From positions 1,950,001 through 1,982,000 of the forward strand of contig NC_017039.1 of assembly GCF_000284455.1 (NCBI RefSeq): 32,000 bases of DNA. Reading direction: 5' to 3'. Origin of the DNA: Synechocystis sp. PCC 6803 substr. PCC-P. GTDB taxonomy: Bacteria; Cyanobacteriota; Cyanobacteriia; Cyanobacteriales; Microcystaceae. The notes below the pieces were generated by a model, which did not search any database, was not told where the DNA came from, and saw nothing but the letters and a program-made list of their open reading frames with translations. Positions 15,174-24,602 of this stretch are shown one piece after another. Each line of letters begins with the position of its first letter. Within the stretch, counting starts at the first letter, position 1. A program made the position numbers and the translations under genes.

Positions 15174-18146
15174 TTACTGATCTGCCCCCTCAATTGGTGC
15201 AAATCCTTGCCGTTGAATATTCTCCGTTACATGGCGTGGTTCTAAGAACTGTAACAAATAATCTGGTCCACCCGCTTTGGAACCAACCCCAGACATTTTG
15301 AACCCCCCAAAAGGTTGGCGGGAAACGATCGCCCCGGTGATGGTGCGGTTGATGTAAAGATTGCCTACTTCAAACTCCGCCGCGGCACGATTAATGTGAT
15401 CTGGGGTACGGGAATAGAGACCCCCCGTTAAAGCGTAGTCGGTACCATTGGCAATTTCCAACGCTTCGTCAAAATTGGCCGCCCGAATAATGGTTACCAC
15501 TGGACCAAAAATTTCCTCCTGGGCAATGGTGGCATGGCGGTCAACATTTTTGAACACCGTGGGACCGACGAAATAGCCTTCACTAGGAGCATCACAGGCG
15601 ATCGCCAATTCACATTCCGCCTTACCCTGTTCGATGTATTCCTGAATGCGGGCTTGGGCCTTGGCATCAATTACCGGACCAACCTGGGTGCTGGGGTCAT
15701 CGGTGGGGCCCACATTGAGGGAACGGGTTGCCTCTACAAACCGCTCCACAAAGGCATCGTGTACGGGGGAAAGCACCACCACCCGGGAACAGGCAGAACA
15801 TTTTTGGCCCGTGTAACCAAAGGCGGAATACACTGCCCCGGCCACCGCTTGATCGAGATCCGCACTTTCATCAACGATGATGGCGTTTTTGCCGCCCATT
15901 TCTGCAATTACCCGTTTGAGGTGTTTTTGTCCTGGTTGTACCAAAGCGGCATCGGCGTAAATGCGACAGCCCACTTCCCTGGAGCCAGTGAAAGCAATCA
16001 AATGTACGTCGGGATGATTGACCATGTGGGAACCCACCACCGACCCCTTACCAGGTACATATTGGAAGACCCCAGGGGGAACCCCCGCTGCAATAAGAAT
16101 TTCCGCAATTTTAGCCGCAATTACCGTGGAAGTTTCCGCTGGTTTTAGTAACGTACAATTGCCCGTCACCAACGCCGCCACCGTCATACCAACGGCGATC
16201 GCCATGGGGAAATTCCAGGGGGAAATCACTAGGGCAATGCCCCGGGGTTGATAGAAATAACGGTTGGTTTCACCGGGAATATCGAGGTTAACGCCTTGGT
16301 CTAGCCGTTCCATTTCATCGGCATAGTAGCGACAAAAATCGATCGCCTCGGACACCTCCGCATCAGCTTGGGGAATAATTTTGCCCACTTCCAAACAAAT
16401 CCAGGCGTTTAACTCATGGCGACGCTCTTCCATAATGTCTGCCGCTTTGCGGAGAATGCCACACCGTTCCCGTACTGGAGTTTTTTTCCAAGCAGGAAAC
16501 GCAGCCTTGGCTATTTCCAGGGCATGGTCTGCCTGTTCAACACTGATTAACCCCACTTTCCCGATCGCCTGGGATGGACGACAGGGATTAACGGAATCAA
16601 TGTAGTTAGCCGTTTCCACGTACTCGCCGTTAATGTAGGGCAGATAGGTTTTGCCCAATTGTTGTTTAACCCTGGTTAGGGCTTGAAATGCTTGCTGGCG
16701 TAAATCAGCATCGGCGTAATCGGTGTCGGGAGCGTTGCCATAACCCTTGGTGGGTAGGTCATTAATGCCTTTAACTTGGGGCGGAGCAATTAATTCTTCA
16801 ATGGGCCGCTCTTCTAGGTTTTGGCGTAGAAAAGAACTGTTAGCAGTATTTTCCAATAAGCGTCGGATTAAATAAGCCATCCCCGGTAACAGCCGACCGT
16901 AGGGTGCATAGACCCGCACCCGATGACCCCGTTTAACAATGGCCCGGGCCAGGGGTTCTCCCATGCCGTAAAGAATCTGCATTTCATAACGACGTTTGGG
17001 AATATTCAACTCTTCGGCGATCGCACAGGCCAGGGCTTGGGAACGGACATTATGACTACCAATGGCGGCGTACAAATATTCGTGGTTTTCCAGTAATAGC
17101 CGAGTCATGCGCTCGTAGTTGGCATCGGTTTGGGCTTTTTCCACATAAACCGGAATTTGCCAATGATTCTGTTGGGCTTTGATGGTTTCTTGATCCCAAT
17201 AGGCTCCTTTCACCAAGCGCACAGTCACGGGATAACCCCGATGTTTAGCCCAGGGAATTAATGCTTCCAAATCTTCGGTCGAATCCCGCAGATAGGCCTG
17301 CATGGTAATGCCCACATCGGTGCGGGAGCGGAACTCTTCTTCCACTAACAATTCCTTGAGAATATTTAAAATCAGGTCTTTGTAGTGGTACTGCTCCATG
17401 TCAAAGTGAACAGCGACACCTAATTCTTGGGCTCGCCGCAACAATTCCCGAATCCGCTCACAAACCTTGGCTTTACTACCTGCGGGGTCCAGGGGATCAA
17501 ACTGGGAATAAAAAGCCGTTAACTTTACCGATACCTGCACCTGGGGCAATATTTCCCCGTCTGCCTGATCAATTTGGGGCACCTTCGACCAGGATTTGGC
17601 TTGCTGGGATAACTGGGCCATCAGGTCCAAATAATTTTGCCAATATTCCGCCGCCTCCGATTCCGTAATTACCGCTTCCCCCAGTAAATCAATGGTAAAG
17701 CCCATTTTTTCCTTGCGGAGCCGTTCCACTGTTTTGATCACCTGGGCGATCGTTTCCCCAGCAATGTATTTAAAAGCCAACTGTTCCGTCGCTTTACTCA
17801 CCGTTCCCGCTGCAATCTGGGCCGGCGTCGAGTGGGCATCGGCAAAATTCAACAATTTTTTCAGTGCTTCTGGTAATTCCACCTCCTCTTCGCTCATATA
17901 CTGCTGGAGATGGTTGGCAATCTCACTGTTACTCTGCAACGCTGGCAGACAGTCGATAAATTTGAACAATTGCACCCGCAATCCAGGATGACCCATGGTC
18001 CAATCCAGCAACTTGTCATCGAGCCGCAGATTATCGCCAATTTTGTCCCACAGCGATCTTTTCTCCCTGGTCTGGGCTAATAGTTCCTTGGCGATCGCCT
18101 GGGTGGCCTGTTCATACTGTTGTTGTGAATCGATTTGTGCAACCAT
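15174..18146 (-). CDS. putA: Bifunctional proline dehydrogenase / delta-1-pyrroline-5-carboxylate dehydrogenase
   Basis: 990 aa. The N-terminal half is proline-dehydrogenase-like (MQILYGMGEPLA, AYLIRRLLENT). The C-terminal half is an aldehyde dehydrogenase (EMGGKNAIIVD, the GQKCSACSR catalytic Cys block, EEIFGPV). Confidence 0.95.
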   Translation of the reverse strand: MVAQIDSQQQYEQATQAIAKELLAQTREKRSLWDKIGDNLRLDDKLLDWTMGHPGLRVQLFKFIDCLPALQSNSEIANHLQQYMSEEEVELPEALKKLLNFADAHSTPAQIAAGTVSKATEQLAFKYIAGETIAQVIKTVERLRKEKMGFTIDLLGEAVITESEAAEYWQNYLDLMAQLSQQAKSWSKVPQIDQADGEILPQVQVSVKLTAFYSQFDPLDPAGSKAKVCERIRELLRRAQELGVAVHFDMEQYHYKDLILNILKELLVEEEFRSRTDVGITMQAYLRDSTEDLEALIPWAKHRGYPVTVRLVKGAYWDQETIKAQQNHWQIPVYVEKAQTDANYERMTRLLLENHEYLYAAIGSHNVRSQALACAIAEELNIPKRRYEMQILYGMGEPLARAIVKRGHRVRVYAPYGRLLPGMAYLIRRLLENTANSSFLRQNLEERPIEELIAPPQVKGINDLPTKGYGNAPDTDYADADLRQQAFQALTRVKQQLGKTYLPYINGEYVETANYIDSVNPCRPSQAIGKVGLISVEQADHALEIAKAAFPAWKKTPVRERCGILRKAADIMEERRHELNAWICLEVGKIIPQADAEVSEAIDFCRYYADEMERLDQGVNLDIPGETNRYFYQPRGIALVISPWNFPMAIAVGMTVAALVTGNCTLLKPAETSTVIAAKIAEILIAAGVPPGVFQYVPGKGSVVGSHMVNHPDVHLIAFTGSREVGCRIYADAALVQPGQKHLKRVIAEMGGKNAIIVDESADLDQAVAGAVYSAFGYTGQKCSACSRVVVLSPVHDAFVERFVEATRSLNVGPTDDPSTQVGPVIDAKAQARIQEYIEQGKAECELAIACDAPSEGYFVGPTVFKNVDRHATIAQEEIFGPVVTIIRAANFDEALEIANGTDYALTGGLYSRTPDHINRAAAEFEVGNLYINRTITGAIVSRQPFGGFKMSGVGSKAGGPDYLLQFLEPRHVTENIQRQGFAPIEGADQ
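15598..15605. repeat. HIP1 octamer GCGATCGC, the first copy after island 1
   Basis: Read directly inside putA. Confidence 0.9.
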
Positions 18147-18495
18147 GGCTTATCTTCTGGGCGATCTGTTTGGTAAGGTATTCCCAACCCTTCATTGTAC
18201 ATTCAGAAAGTGATGCTCTGATTCTTCATCCTAATGAAATGGCAAAATTAGTCTCTCTCAAGAACAGCTAAATTTCCATAATGAAAATTGCCGAAAAAGT
18301 GAGCTTTTATACCTTAAATAAGAGTATGACGTGTGTAGAATGATTATAGATTTCTCAAAATGCCTGTCATAACTAATTTTCAGCCAAATCAACCGACAAT
18401 CCTTTGTTGACTAAGCTCAATTTTTGGGTGTGGCAAAAATTTTTGGATGCTACAAAAACAGTATTTGCCTCAACAAAAATTAGAAGGAAAGGATT

Positions 18496-19458
18496 ATGTC
18501 GGTTAAATTAGCGGTTCTAAGCTTACTTGCTTCCACGTTCACATTACCATTGCTGCTACCATCCTCAGTCCAGGCCCAGACATTAATCCCGGGTAAACAG
18601 TGTGTATTTAACAACGGCGCTTTCTCGGTAAACGTAGATTGGTATGACCCCGGCTCGATTGTTTTCATCGGCAAAGATGCAACAGAGGCCAAAGACTACT
18701 CAAAATATCAAGTAACTGGGAATCCCGTAGATACTAAGAAGGATGTGACACTGGGGTTTAGTTCCTGTACTGAGGGGGCAAACCGTGTGGCAGTTGTCAG
18801 AATTGTTGGCCATGACATAGCCAATTCAGCAATTACAATTGCCGCTGGAACCCTTGCCGGGGTGGCGACAGGCGTGGGTGGTGCATTCGTTTGTGCGGCT
18901 TCAGTCGGTGCAGGTTGTATTACTCTGGCAGCGGTGGCACCTGTTACAGGAGGGGCGATTGCGGCGGTGGAAAAAGCACTGCCGGAAGTCAAAGAAATTG
19001 CCTACATTGGTTCCCCTGGCACAAAAAATTACGTGGATTTATCGGGCACAATCTGGCAAGTGGGCATTGCTAATAATGTTCCCTTGAGTGATAGCCGTGG
19101 ATTTGCTAAAGTTGGGACATTTTTCACTGGTGGAACGCCTGGGCCGAGAAGTATTAGTTTTAGTAATCAAGCCGGTTATGTGGCGGAAATGCAGGTGATG
19201 TATTTTCAAAAACAGTATCTAGGTGGGGCTTTTGTTGATCTACCAGTGGTAAAAAGTTCCGGAAATATAACCCTTGGTCGGACTGTCCACATTGATGTTC
19301 CATTGGCAATTTCTAATCAGCCCATTCAAGTATTTATTAAAGGTGTTGCGACATTGAAACCCGATGTTTACTCAACGACTATTCCTGTTAATTTTTCAGG
19401 AAACAGGTGCTATAAGTCATTTGGGACTATTTTTGATGCCCAAGGTAGCACTTGCTAG
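18496..19458 (+). CDS. Secreted hypothetical protein with a central Gly/Ala-rich glycine-zipper segment
   Basis: 320 aa. A strong RBS (GAAGGAAAGGA) precedes the ATG. The Sec signal peptide is MSVKLAVLSLLASTFTLPLLLPSSVQAQ. The hydrophobic Gly/Ala segment is AITIAAGTLAGVATGVGGAFVCAASVGAGCITLAAVAPVTGGAIAAV. The C-terminal half looks beta-rich. I recognise no family. Confidence 0.75.
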   Translation: MSVKLAVLSLLASTFTLPLLLPSSVQAQTLIPGKQCVFNNGAFSVNVDWYDPGSIVFIGKDATEAKDYSKYQVTGNPVDTKKDVTLGFSSCTEGANRVAVVRIVGHDIANSAITIAAGTLAGVATGVGGAFVCAASVGAGCITLAAVAPVTGGAIAAVEKALPEVKEIAYIGSPGTKNYVDLSGTIWQVGIANNVPLSDSRGFAKVGTFFTGGTPGPRSISFSNQAGYVAEMQVMYFQKQYLGGAFVDLPVVKSSGNITLGRTVHIDVPLAISNQPIQVFIKGVATLKPDVYSTTIPVNFSGNRCYKSFGTIFDAQGSTC

Positions 19459-19481
19459 AGCCCATTTCCAAAGAAAAAATC

Positions 19482-19517
19482 AAGCCCAAATTATCTCCAC
19501 TAAAATGATTTGGGCTT
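19482..19517. terminator. 10-bp perfect hairpin AAGCCCAAAT/ATTTGGGCTT with a 16-nt loop
   Basis: It begins 24 nt after the stop of the secreted-protein gene. An A-run (AGAAAAAATC) precedes it on the + strand, so the U-tract lies on the - strand side. There is no T-run after it on the + strand. It is possibly a terminator that insulates the gene from the IS nest. Confidence 0.4.
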
Positions 19518-19900
19518 CGCAATAAGGGTGACAGATATTTTGTATCCCTCTTCCGTCAGACTGAGGGAATTAAAATGGAGATAAAAGGCTGAAAAGCGCG
19601 GAGGGAGAATGACAAAGACAAGAGAGGCGAAAAAGACAGTACAGTGTGTAGACACATATAGTGAACTGTATAAAGATATATTTCTAGAAGTGAGGTCTTA
19701 TGAGTCATTTAAATATATCATTGTGGGAATATTAAGTGATATAAAAAGAAAGAGTTTACCTGCAATAGCATCATCACTAGGATTGAAAAATGAACAGGGA
19801 CTACTGCATTTTATGACAGATTCTCCTTGGGAATTAAAAGAATTAGAAAAAAGAAGATTAAATATTATCTTAGAAGTTTTAGAAGGAAGAGAAATAATAG

Positions 19901-19909
19901 TAATAATAG
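19901..19909. repeat. Target-site duplication TAATAATAG, left copy
   Basis: Identical 9-mers directly flank the 1174-bp element. The G that precedes each copy makes the junction ambiguous by 1 nt. Confidence 0.8.
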
Positions 19910-21083
19910 CAGAATCGTTGAATGGCACTTATGTACGACCTAAAAATAGACAGAATAATCCTACAGCAAAGCAAATTCATCACCTTAGTGCTAACTCCCT
20001 TAGCCAGTGTACATAGCTTATTTTTTCACACATGAAAGCCTGTAAATAACATAGTTTGTCTAACATTGTTGTACCTGCTTCTTTTGGGATTACCAGTAAT
20101 TTTAGTATTAAATAAGCAATTATATAGGTATAGATTTGAATCCCAATTGCATTCTCATTTTTGGCAATCAGTCTATTCAGCTTTAAGTGCATTTTTAAGA
20201 ATTTCCATAACAATTCTATTTGCCATCTTTTTTTATAAATTTCTGCTATTTTTTCATCACTAACTCCTTCTATTTCTTTACTTTCTATAGGTAAATTTGT
20301 AACCAATCTAAACTCTGAATTATCATGGGTGAATATTACCACTCTACTCTCTATTTTATTCTTTTCAGTTCCAACCATATAGTTATCATTGGCTAATTTT
20401 TCTAGCTTTATATTATTCTTTATTCTTAATACATGATATTTGTTATTCTCCTTTTGTAATCTCTTGATTCTCTGTAAGTCACAAAATCCTCTATCCATTA
20501 CTGCTACTCCATTTTCTGGAGTCTCTTCTATTGTTTCATTCCCATATTTATTATCATGACCTTGTCCAAAGTGAATTACTATTCCCCCCGGAATCCCTGT
20601 TGATAAGTTAATCCCACTGAATACTTTTACCTGATGAAATCCAAGGTTCCACATCAACTTACTAGTTATGCTGACAATGGTTGAATCGAGAGGAAATATT
20701 TCTAATTCTCCCTGCTTAATTTCCTTCCTTTTCGACAATTCCTTTTTTAAGGAAAATATTATTTCTCTAAAAACTCCCACATCCCTTTTTTTGCTTGCCT
20801 TTGAGAATGTAGATATATCGACTGTCTCTCCTCGTAAGTTCAGTCTTTTAAACATACTCCTCATGCTTGTCTGGCTCTGGTCTAACACTAATCCTAACCA
20901 GATACTCACAAACTTAAATGTGTCTAATACTGGGTAGTCATCTTTAGGAAAATTAGATAGATAAGTTTTGACAATATGTCCAAAATTTGATATCATCGCT
21001 TCAATTATTCTAATATTTCTGCCCTTTATTCTATCATTTTAAAGAGCTTTTTTTCTCTTTATCACTATCGTTCAACACTTCTG
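19910..21083 (-). mobile_element. IS4-family insertion sequence, 1174 bp (ISY203-type), nested in the IS701-like element
   Basis: Terminal inverted repeats are CAGAATCGTTGAATG (left) and CAGAAGTGTTGAACG (reverse complement of the right end), matching 12/15. It is flanked by the 9-bp direct repeat TAATAATAG. Removing it precisely restores the host transposase frame. The length matches my memory of ISY203. Confidence 0.85.
19980..20996 (-). CDS. IS4-family DDE transposase of the nested IS
   Basis: An intact 338-aa ORF fills the element. MDRGFCDL and YKKRWQIELLWKFLK are typical IS4 DDE / Y-x2-R-x3-E-x6-K blocks. Confidence 0.85.
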   Translation of the reverse strand: MISNFGHIVKTYLSNFPKDDYPVLDTFKFVSIWLGLVLDQSQTSMRSMFKRLNLRGETVDISTFSKASKKRDVGVFREIIFSLKKELSKRKEIKQGELEIFPLDSTIVSITSKLMWNLGFHQVKVFSGINLSTGIPGGIVIHFGQGHDNKYGNETIEETPENGVAVMDRGFCDLQRIKRLQKENNKYHVLRIKNNIKLEKLANDNYMVGTEKNKIESRVVIFTHDNSEFRLVTNLPIESKEIEGVSDEKIAEIYKKRWQIELLWKFLKMHLKLNRLIAKNENAIGIQIYTYIIAYLILKLLVIPKEAGTTMLDKLCYLQAFMCEKISYVHWLRELALR

Positions 21084-21092
21084 TAATAATAG
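21084..21092. repeat. Target-site duplication TAATAATAG, right copy
   Basis: See the left copy at 19901-19909. Confidence 0.8.
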
Positions 21093-22107
21093 ATGAAACA
21101 GGAGACCCCAAAAAAGGGAAAACAACAGATTATGTAAAAAGACAATATATTGAAAATTTAGGAAAAATAGAAAGCGGTATAGTGTCAGTAAATGCCTATG
21201 GTTACTGCGATGGAGTAACGTTTCCTCTAGAATCAAAAGTATTTAAACCAAAAGAAAGATTAAAAGAGGGAGATAAGTATAAAACAAAGCCGGAATTAGC
21301 AGTAGAGATAATAAAAGAACTAGAAGAAAGTGGTTTTAAAATAAAAAGAGTAGTGTCAGATAGCTTATATGGAGAAAGCCATAGCAATTTTATCAGTGCT
21401 GTAGAGGAATTAAAAATAGAATATGCAGTGGGAATCCGGAGTAATCATGGGGTCTGGCTTCCAAAGGAAGCTAAAGTAAGGGCAAATAAGTGGAGGAGGT
21501 TTGAACACATAAGATGGGATAGAAAACAGGAAGATAGGTATATCAGAGAAATAGTTTATGGCAAAAAAGCGCAATAAGATATTGGGAAATTAAAACAGAA
21601 ACAGAAAAAGAGGAGGAAAAAGCAGGATGGTTTGTAATGACTCGAATACCAGATATTAAATATAAAGAAGTTGGCAGAATATATGGAGTAAGGTCATGGA
21701 TAGAATATGGATTTAAGCAATGCAAAAGTGAATTAGGATGGGCAGATTTTAGGGTAACTCATTATGAGCAAATTCAAAAATGGTGGGAATTAGTGATGTG
21801 TGCATATTGTATGATTTGTTTTTATGATGAGAATTTTAATCCGACTCTAAATTCAACGTCAAAGTATCATCAAAAGCATGAAAAATGGGATAAAGAAAAA
21901 TGGCTAAACAACCTACGATTAGTGATCTCTGTATTTAATGCAATAAATCTTATCAAAAAGTGGTTAAAAGTATTTCCATTTGCTCATGTTTTGGATGAAT
22001 TAACTAAATTTTACAACAAGGTTGATAAGCTAGATCGATTAAAGTATTTGCTAAATTCATGGAATACATTCTATTCTTCTTCTGCCTAGATTGATGAAAG
22101 AGGGATA

Positions 22108-22418
22108 TCTCCACGGCCGCCACCAAAAAGCAACTATGTACTACATCAGATGACTAGAAGCCCTATCAACCACTGCTGGATGAACATCCCGATGCGTTTC
22201 ATATAATTAGCAAAAGAGAAACAGTAGGAATTGAGAGAAACAACTCAGATAATCGCCATTGGTTTGCTAGATTTCATCGCCGCACGAAAGTTGTATCCAG
22301 GTCAGCCCACATGGTTGATATCACCATGGCAATATTTGCCAAATTCAGGGTCAATGGTAACATAGAACTACTGCAGGACTGGCACCTCTCATTACTTTCT
22401 TGGAACTCTCCTGAATAA
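22108..22418 (+). pseudogene. 3' remnant of an IS1-like transposase gene with a premature TAG
   Basis: The translation reads STAATKKQLCTTSDD*KPYQPLLDEHPDAFHIISKRETVGIERNNSDNRHWFARFHRRTKVVSRSAHMVDITMAIFAKF... The blocks ...T..IER.N...R....R..RKT...S[KR]S..M match the C-terminus of IS1-type transposases. The TAG at 22155-22157 sits where a Trp (TGG) is expected. It starts exactly at the IS701-like right end. Confidence 0.6.
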
Positions 22419-22638
22419 AAATCTAAGCCCTACGTCCAAATGCTTTCACCCTATTAGTTCTTTTGAAAACCGGCTCGGTGAACATGACTCTAGTTAATCC
22501 CACTGGCCAAATACAGTCACAAAAAAAGAGGAGATAAATCCAAGGTCAGAATTGTTCATTCCCTGGTTTACCCCCCTCTGTGACGATATTTGGAGATCGC
22601 CGTTGTTAATATTGCTGGTTTAAGACTTTGTCAGGTGA

Positions 22639-23793
22639 TTAACCTTTAGCCAAAACCCCAGCGGCGGCGGCCACTCCAGATCCAGGGGTCACGCCCTCAT
22701 AACCTAGTTCAATCAAAGTGGCTTCCAAGGCCCCGATGCAACTGAGGATATCCCGGTCACAAACAAAACCCAGGTGCCCAATGCGGAAGATTTTTCCTTT
22801 CAGGTGATCCTGCCCACCGGCCATGGCAATGTCGAATTTTTTGCGCATGGTACTGCGAATTTTTTCCGCTTCCACTCCCAGGGGCGCAACGGCGGTAATG
22901 GCATTACTTGCCGCATTATCGGGGGCAAATAGGGGTAAATTCAACGCTTTCATGGCCCCCCGGGTCGCATTGGTGTGGCGTTGATGGCGGGTAAAAATAG
23001 CATCTAGGCCTTCCGCTTTCATCATTTGCAGAGACGCTTGCAACCCATACATTAGGTTGATGGGGGGGGTGAAGGGGGAGCTATCTTCATCGGTGGATTT
23101 TTTATATTTTTTCAAATCCAGGTAGAAGCGAGGAATAGTGGCGGTTTCGTAGGCTTGCCAAGCTTTGGCACTTACGGAAACAAATCCCAATCCAGGGGGA
23201 ATCATATAACCCTTTTGAGAACCGGATGCCACCACGTCCAGGCCCAAATCATCGATCGCCACGGGGGTAGCGCCCAAACTGGTTACGGCATCCACAATCA
23301 TTAACGCCCCACCATGGGCCTTAGCGGCGGCATTGATGGCGGCCAAGTCATTCAAGACTCCGGTGGAAGTCTCGGAATGGGTGATGATCAGAGCTTTAAT
23401 AGTTTTATCGCTGTCCGCTTCCAACAAGGTTTTGAAGTCATTGGGGTCCAACGCTTTGCCCCATTCGGCTTTAATTTCTTCTACTGCTAAACCGAAGGTT
23501 TTGGCCACCTTGACCCAACGATCGCCAAATTTACCGTTATTGCCCACCAATACCCGATCGCCAGGGCTGAGGAAGTTGATAATGCTCGCTTCCATAGCCC
23601 CCGTGCCACTGGTAGTCAGCATCAACACGTCGTTTTCAGTTTGATGTAACCATTTGAGGTTTGCCGTCAGCTCAGCGATGATTTTGCTAAAGTCACCACT
23701 GCGGTGGCCAATGGGATGTTTCGCCATGGCCAACAAAACTTTTTCTGGTACGGGAGTTGGCCCCGGAATCATCAACATTTGCTTATTATCCAT
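22639..23793 (-). CDS. Class V aminotransferase, historically annotated as the small subunit of soluble hydrogenase (serine/alanine-glyoxylate aminotransferase-like)
   Basis: 384 aa from ATG 23793, which has a GGAGGA RBS 9 nt upstream; the ORF-track TTG at 23802 is less likely. MLMIPGPTPVP and the SGSQKG PLP-lysine block are present. I recall the locus as sll1559. Confidence 0.9.
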   Translation of the reverse strand: MDNKQMLMIPGPTPVPEKVLLAMAKHPIGHRSGDFSKIIAELTANLKWLHQTENDVLMLTTSGTGAMEASIINFLSPGDRVLVGNNGKFGDRWVKVAKTFGLAVEEIKAEWGKALDPNDFKTLLEADSDKTIKALIITHSETSTGVLNDLAAINAAAKAHGGALMIVDAVTSLGATPVAIDDLGLDVVASGSQKGYMIPPGLGFVSVSAKAWQAYETATIPRFYLDLKKYKKSTDEDSSPFTPPINLMYGLQASLQMMKAEGLDAIFTRHQRHTNATRGAMKALNLPLFAPDNAASNAITAVAPLGVEAEKIRSTMRKKFDIAMAGGQDHLKGKIFRIGHLGFVCDRDILSCIGALEATLIELGYEGVTPGSGVAAAAGVLAKG

Positions 23794-24083
23794 CGCGGTC
23801 AATCCTCCCCTTCGCTAAACGCAGTCAGGTAATTTTCTAGGGTTAATTTGTCGGTAATTGTTATCAATGCCGGAGTTATTGGGCATGATAGTTAGGCTTC
23901 CCATATTACCAAAACATGGCGCTGGCAAAATCTGTGCTGTGGCCCCAGCTTGATTTCCTTGACTGCCATTGGCGTGGTTTTAAGAGGACTCTGGGGCGAT
24001 CGCCTCCACCAGAATTACCTAGGTGCAAAAGCAGGACAGACCGTACAATGGGAAACGATTAATCAAATGCACGCATAACTTGA

Positions 24084-24509
24084 ATGGCCGCCATCACCCT
24101 CACCCTCCTTCTCCCGGGTAAAAGCGTTGCTGTCCAGAGCTGGACCTTTGAATCGGAACAAACCATCCGTGTGGGTCGGGCGGCGGATAACGATGTTGTA
24201 CTTTATAGTGCTGTAGTATCCCGGCATCATCTAGAACTCCGACGGGAAGAGGAAGCTTGGGTCGCCATTAACTTGGGAGCTAATGGCACCTATATGGAAG
24301 CGGAAATGGTGGAAAAGCTTGTCCTCAAGGATGGCATGGTTCTACGCTTAGCCAGTTCCGGCCCCAAAATACAGATTAGGCTTCAGTCTGAACTCAGTAC
24401 CCTGGAACAGGAACTAGCTCAACAAGATAGTTCCCCTACTGGGCCAGGGGAAGAACAAAAATCCAGCCGTCTCCACCCTGGGGATTCCAAAGAGACCATC
24501 ATCAACTAG
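24084..24509 (+). CDS. FHA-domain protein
   Basis: 141 aa. IRVGRAADNDVVLYSAVVSRHHLEL...NLGANGTYM is a canonical FHA core (G-R...S-x-x-H...N-G). Confidence 0.8.
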   Translation: MAAITLTLLLPGKSVAVQSWTFESEQTIRVGRAADNDVVLYSAVVSRHHLELRREEEAWVAINLGANGTYMEAEMVEKLVLKDGMVLRLASSGPKIQIRLQSELSTLEQELAQQDSSPTGPGEEQKSSRLHPGDSKETIIN

Positions 24510-24602
24510 TGGTCCGACTAAAGTAGTTGATGATCTTACCTCCGGATGTTGAATGACATCATATCTAGCCCTTATCCAGCCCTTGGCCTCCGGTGATCGC
24601 CC

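Larger units (their letters stand above)
19609..22089 (+). pseudogene. IS701-family DDE transposase, split by the nested IS and by a -1 frameshift
   Basis: Segment 1 is 19609-19909 (...LEGREIIVII). It resumes in frame at 21093 (DETGDPKKGKTTDYVKRQY...), restoring the IIVIIDETG DDE motif. Segment 2 ends at the A6 run at 21563-21568. Segment 3 continues in the -1 frame (KSAIRYWEIKTE...SWIEYGFKQCKSELGWADFRV...) to the stop at 22087-22089. Confidence 0.8.
19543..22107 (+). mobile_element. IS701-like insertion sequence, about 1.38 kb once the nested IS is removed, disrupted by an IS4-type insertion
   Basis: Imperfect terminal inverted repeats: TATCCCTCTTCCGTCAG at 19543-19559, and the reverse complement of 22091-22107 (TATCCCTCTTTCATCAA), matching 14/17. 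They enclose a split DDE transposase gene. The ends are good to about +/-10 bp and no unambiguous target duplication is seen. From memory, CyanoBase may call this an ISY391 copy. Confidence 0.65.

Noticed and set aside
18430-18485. Three A5-tracts spaced about 19-20 nt apart upstream of the secreted-protein gene, possibly intrinsic DNA bending or a regulatory array.
   Set aside because: The whole intergenic region is AT-rich, so this spacing could arise by chance. There is no repeated protein-binding-like motif beyond the A-runs.
19609-20016. 135-aa ORF annotated as a single reading frame.
   Set aside because: It is a chimera. The first 100 codons are the IS701-like transposase N-terminus. 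The remainder is read-through into the inserted IS4-type element after the junction at 19909/19910.
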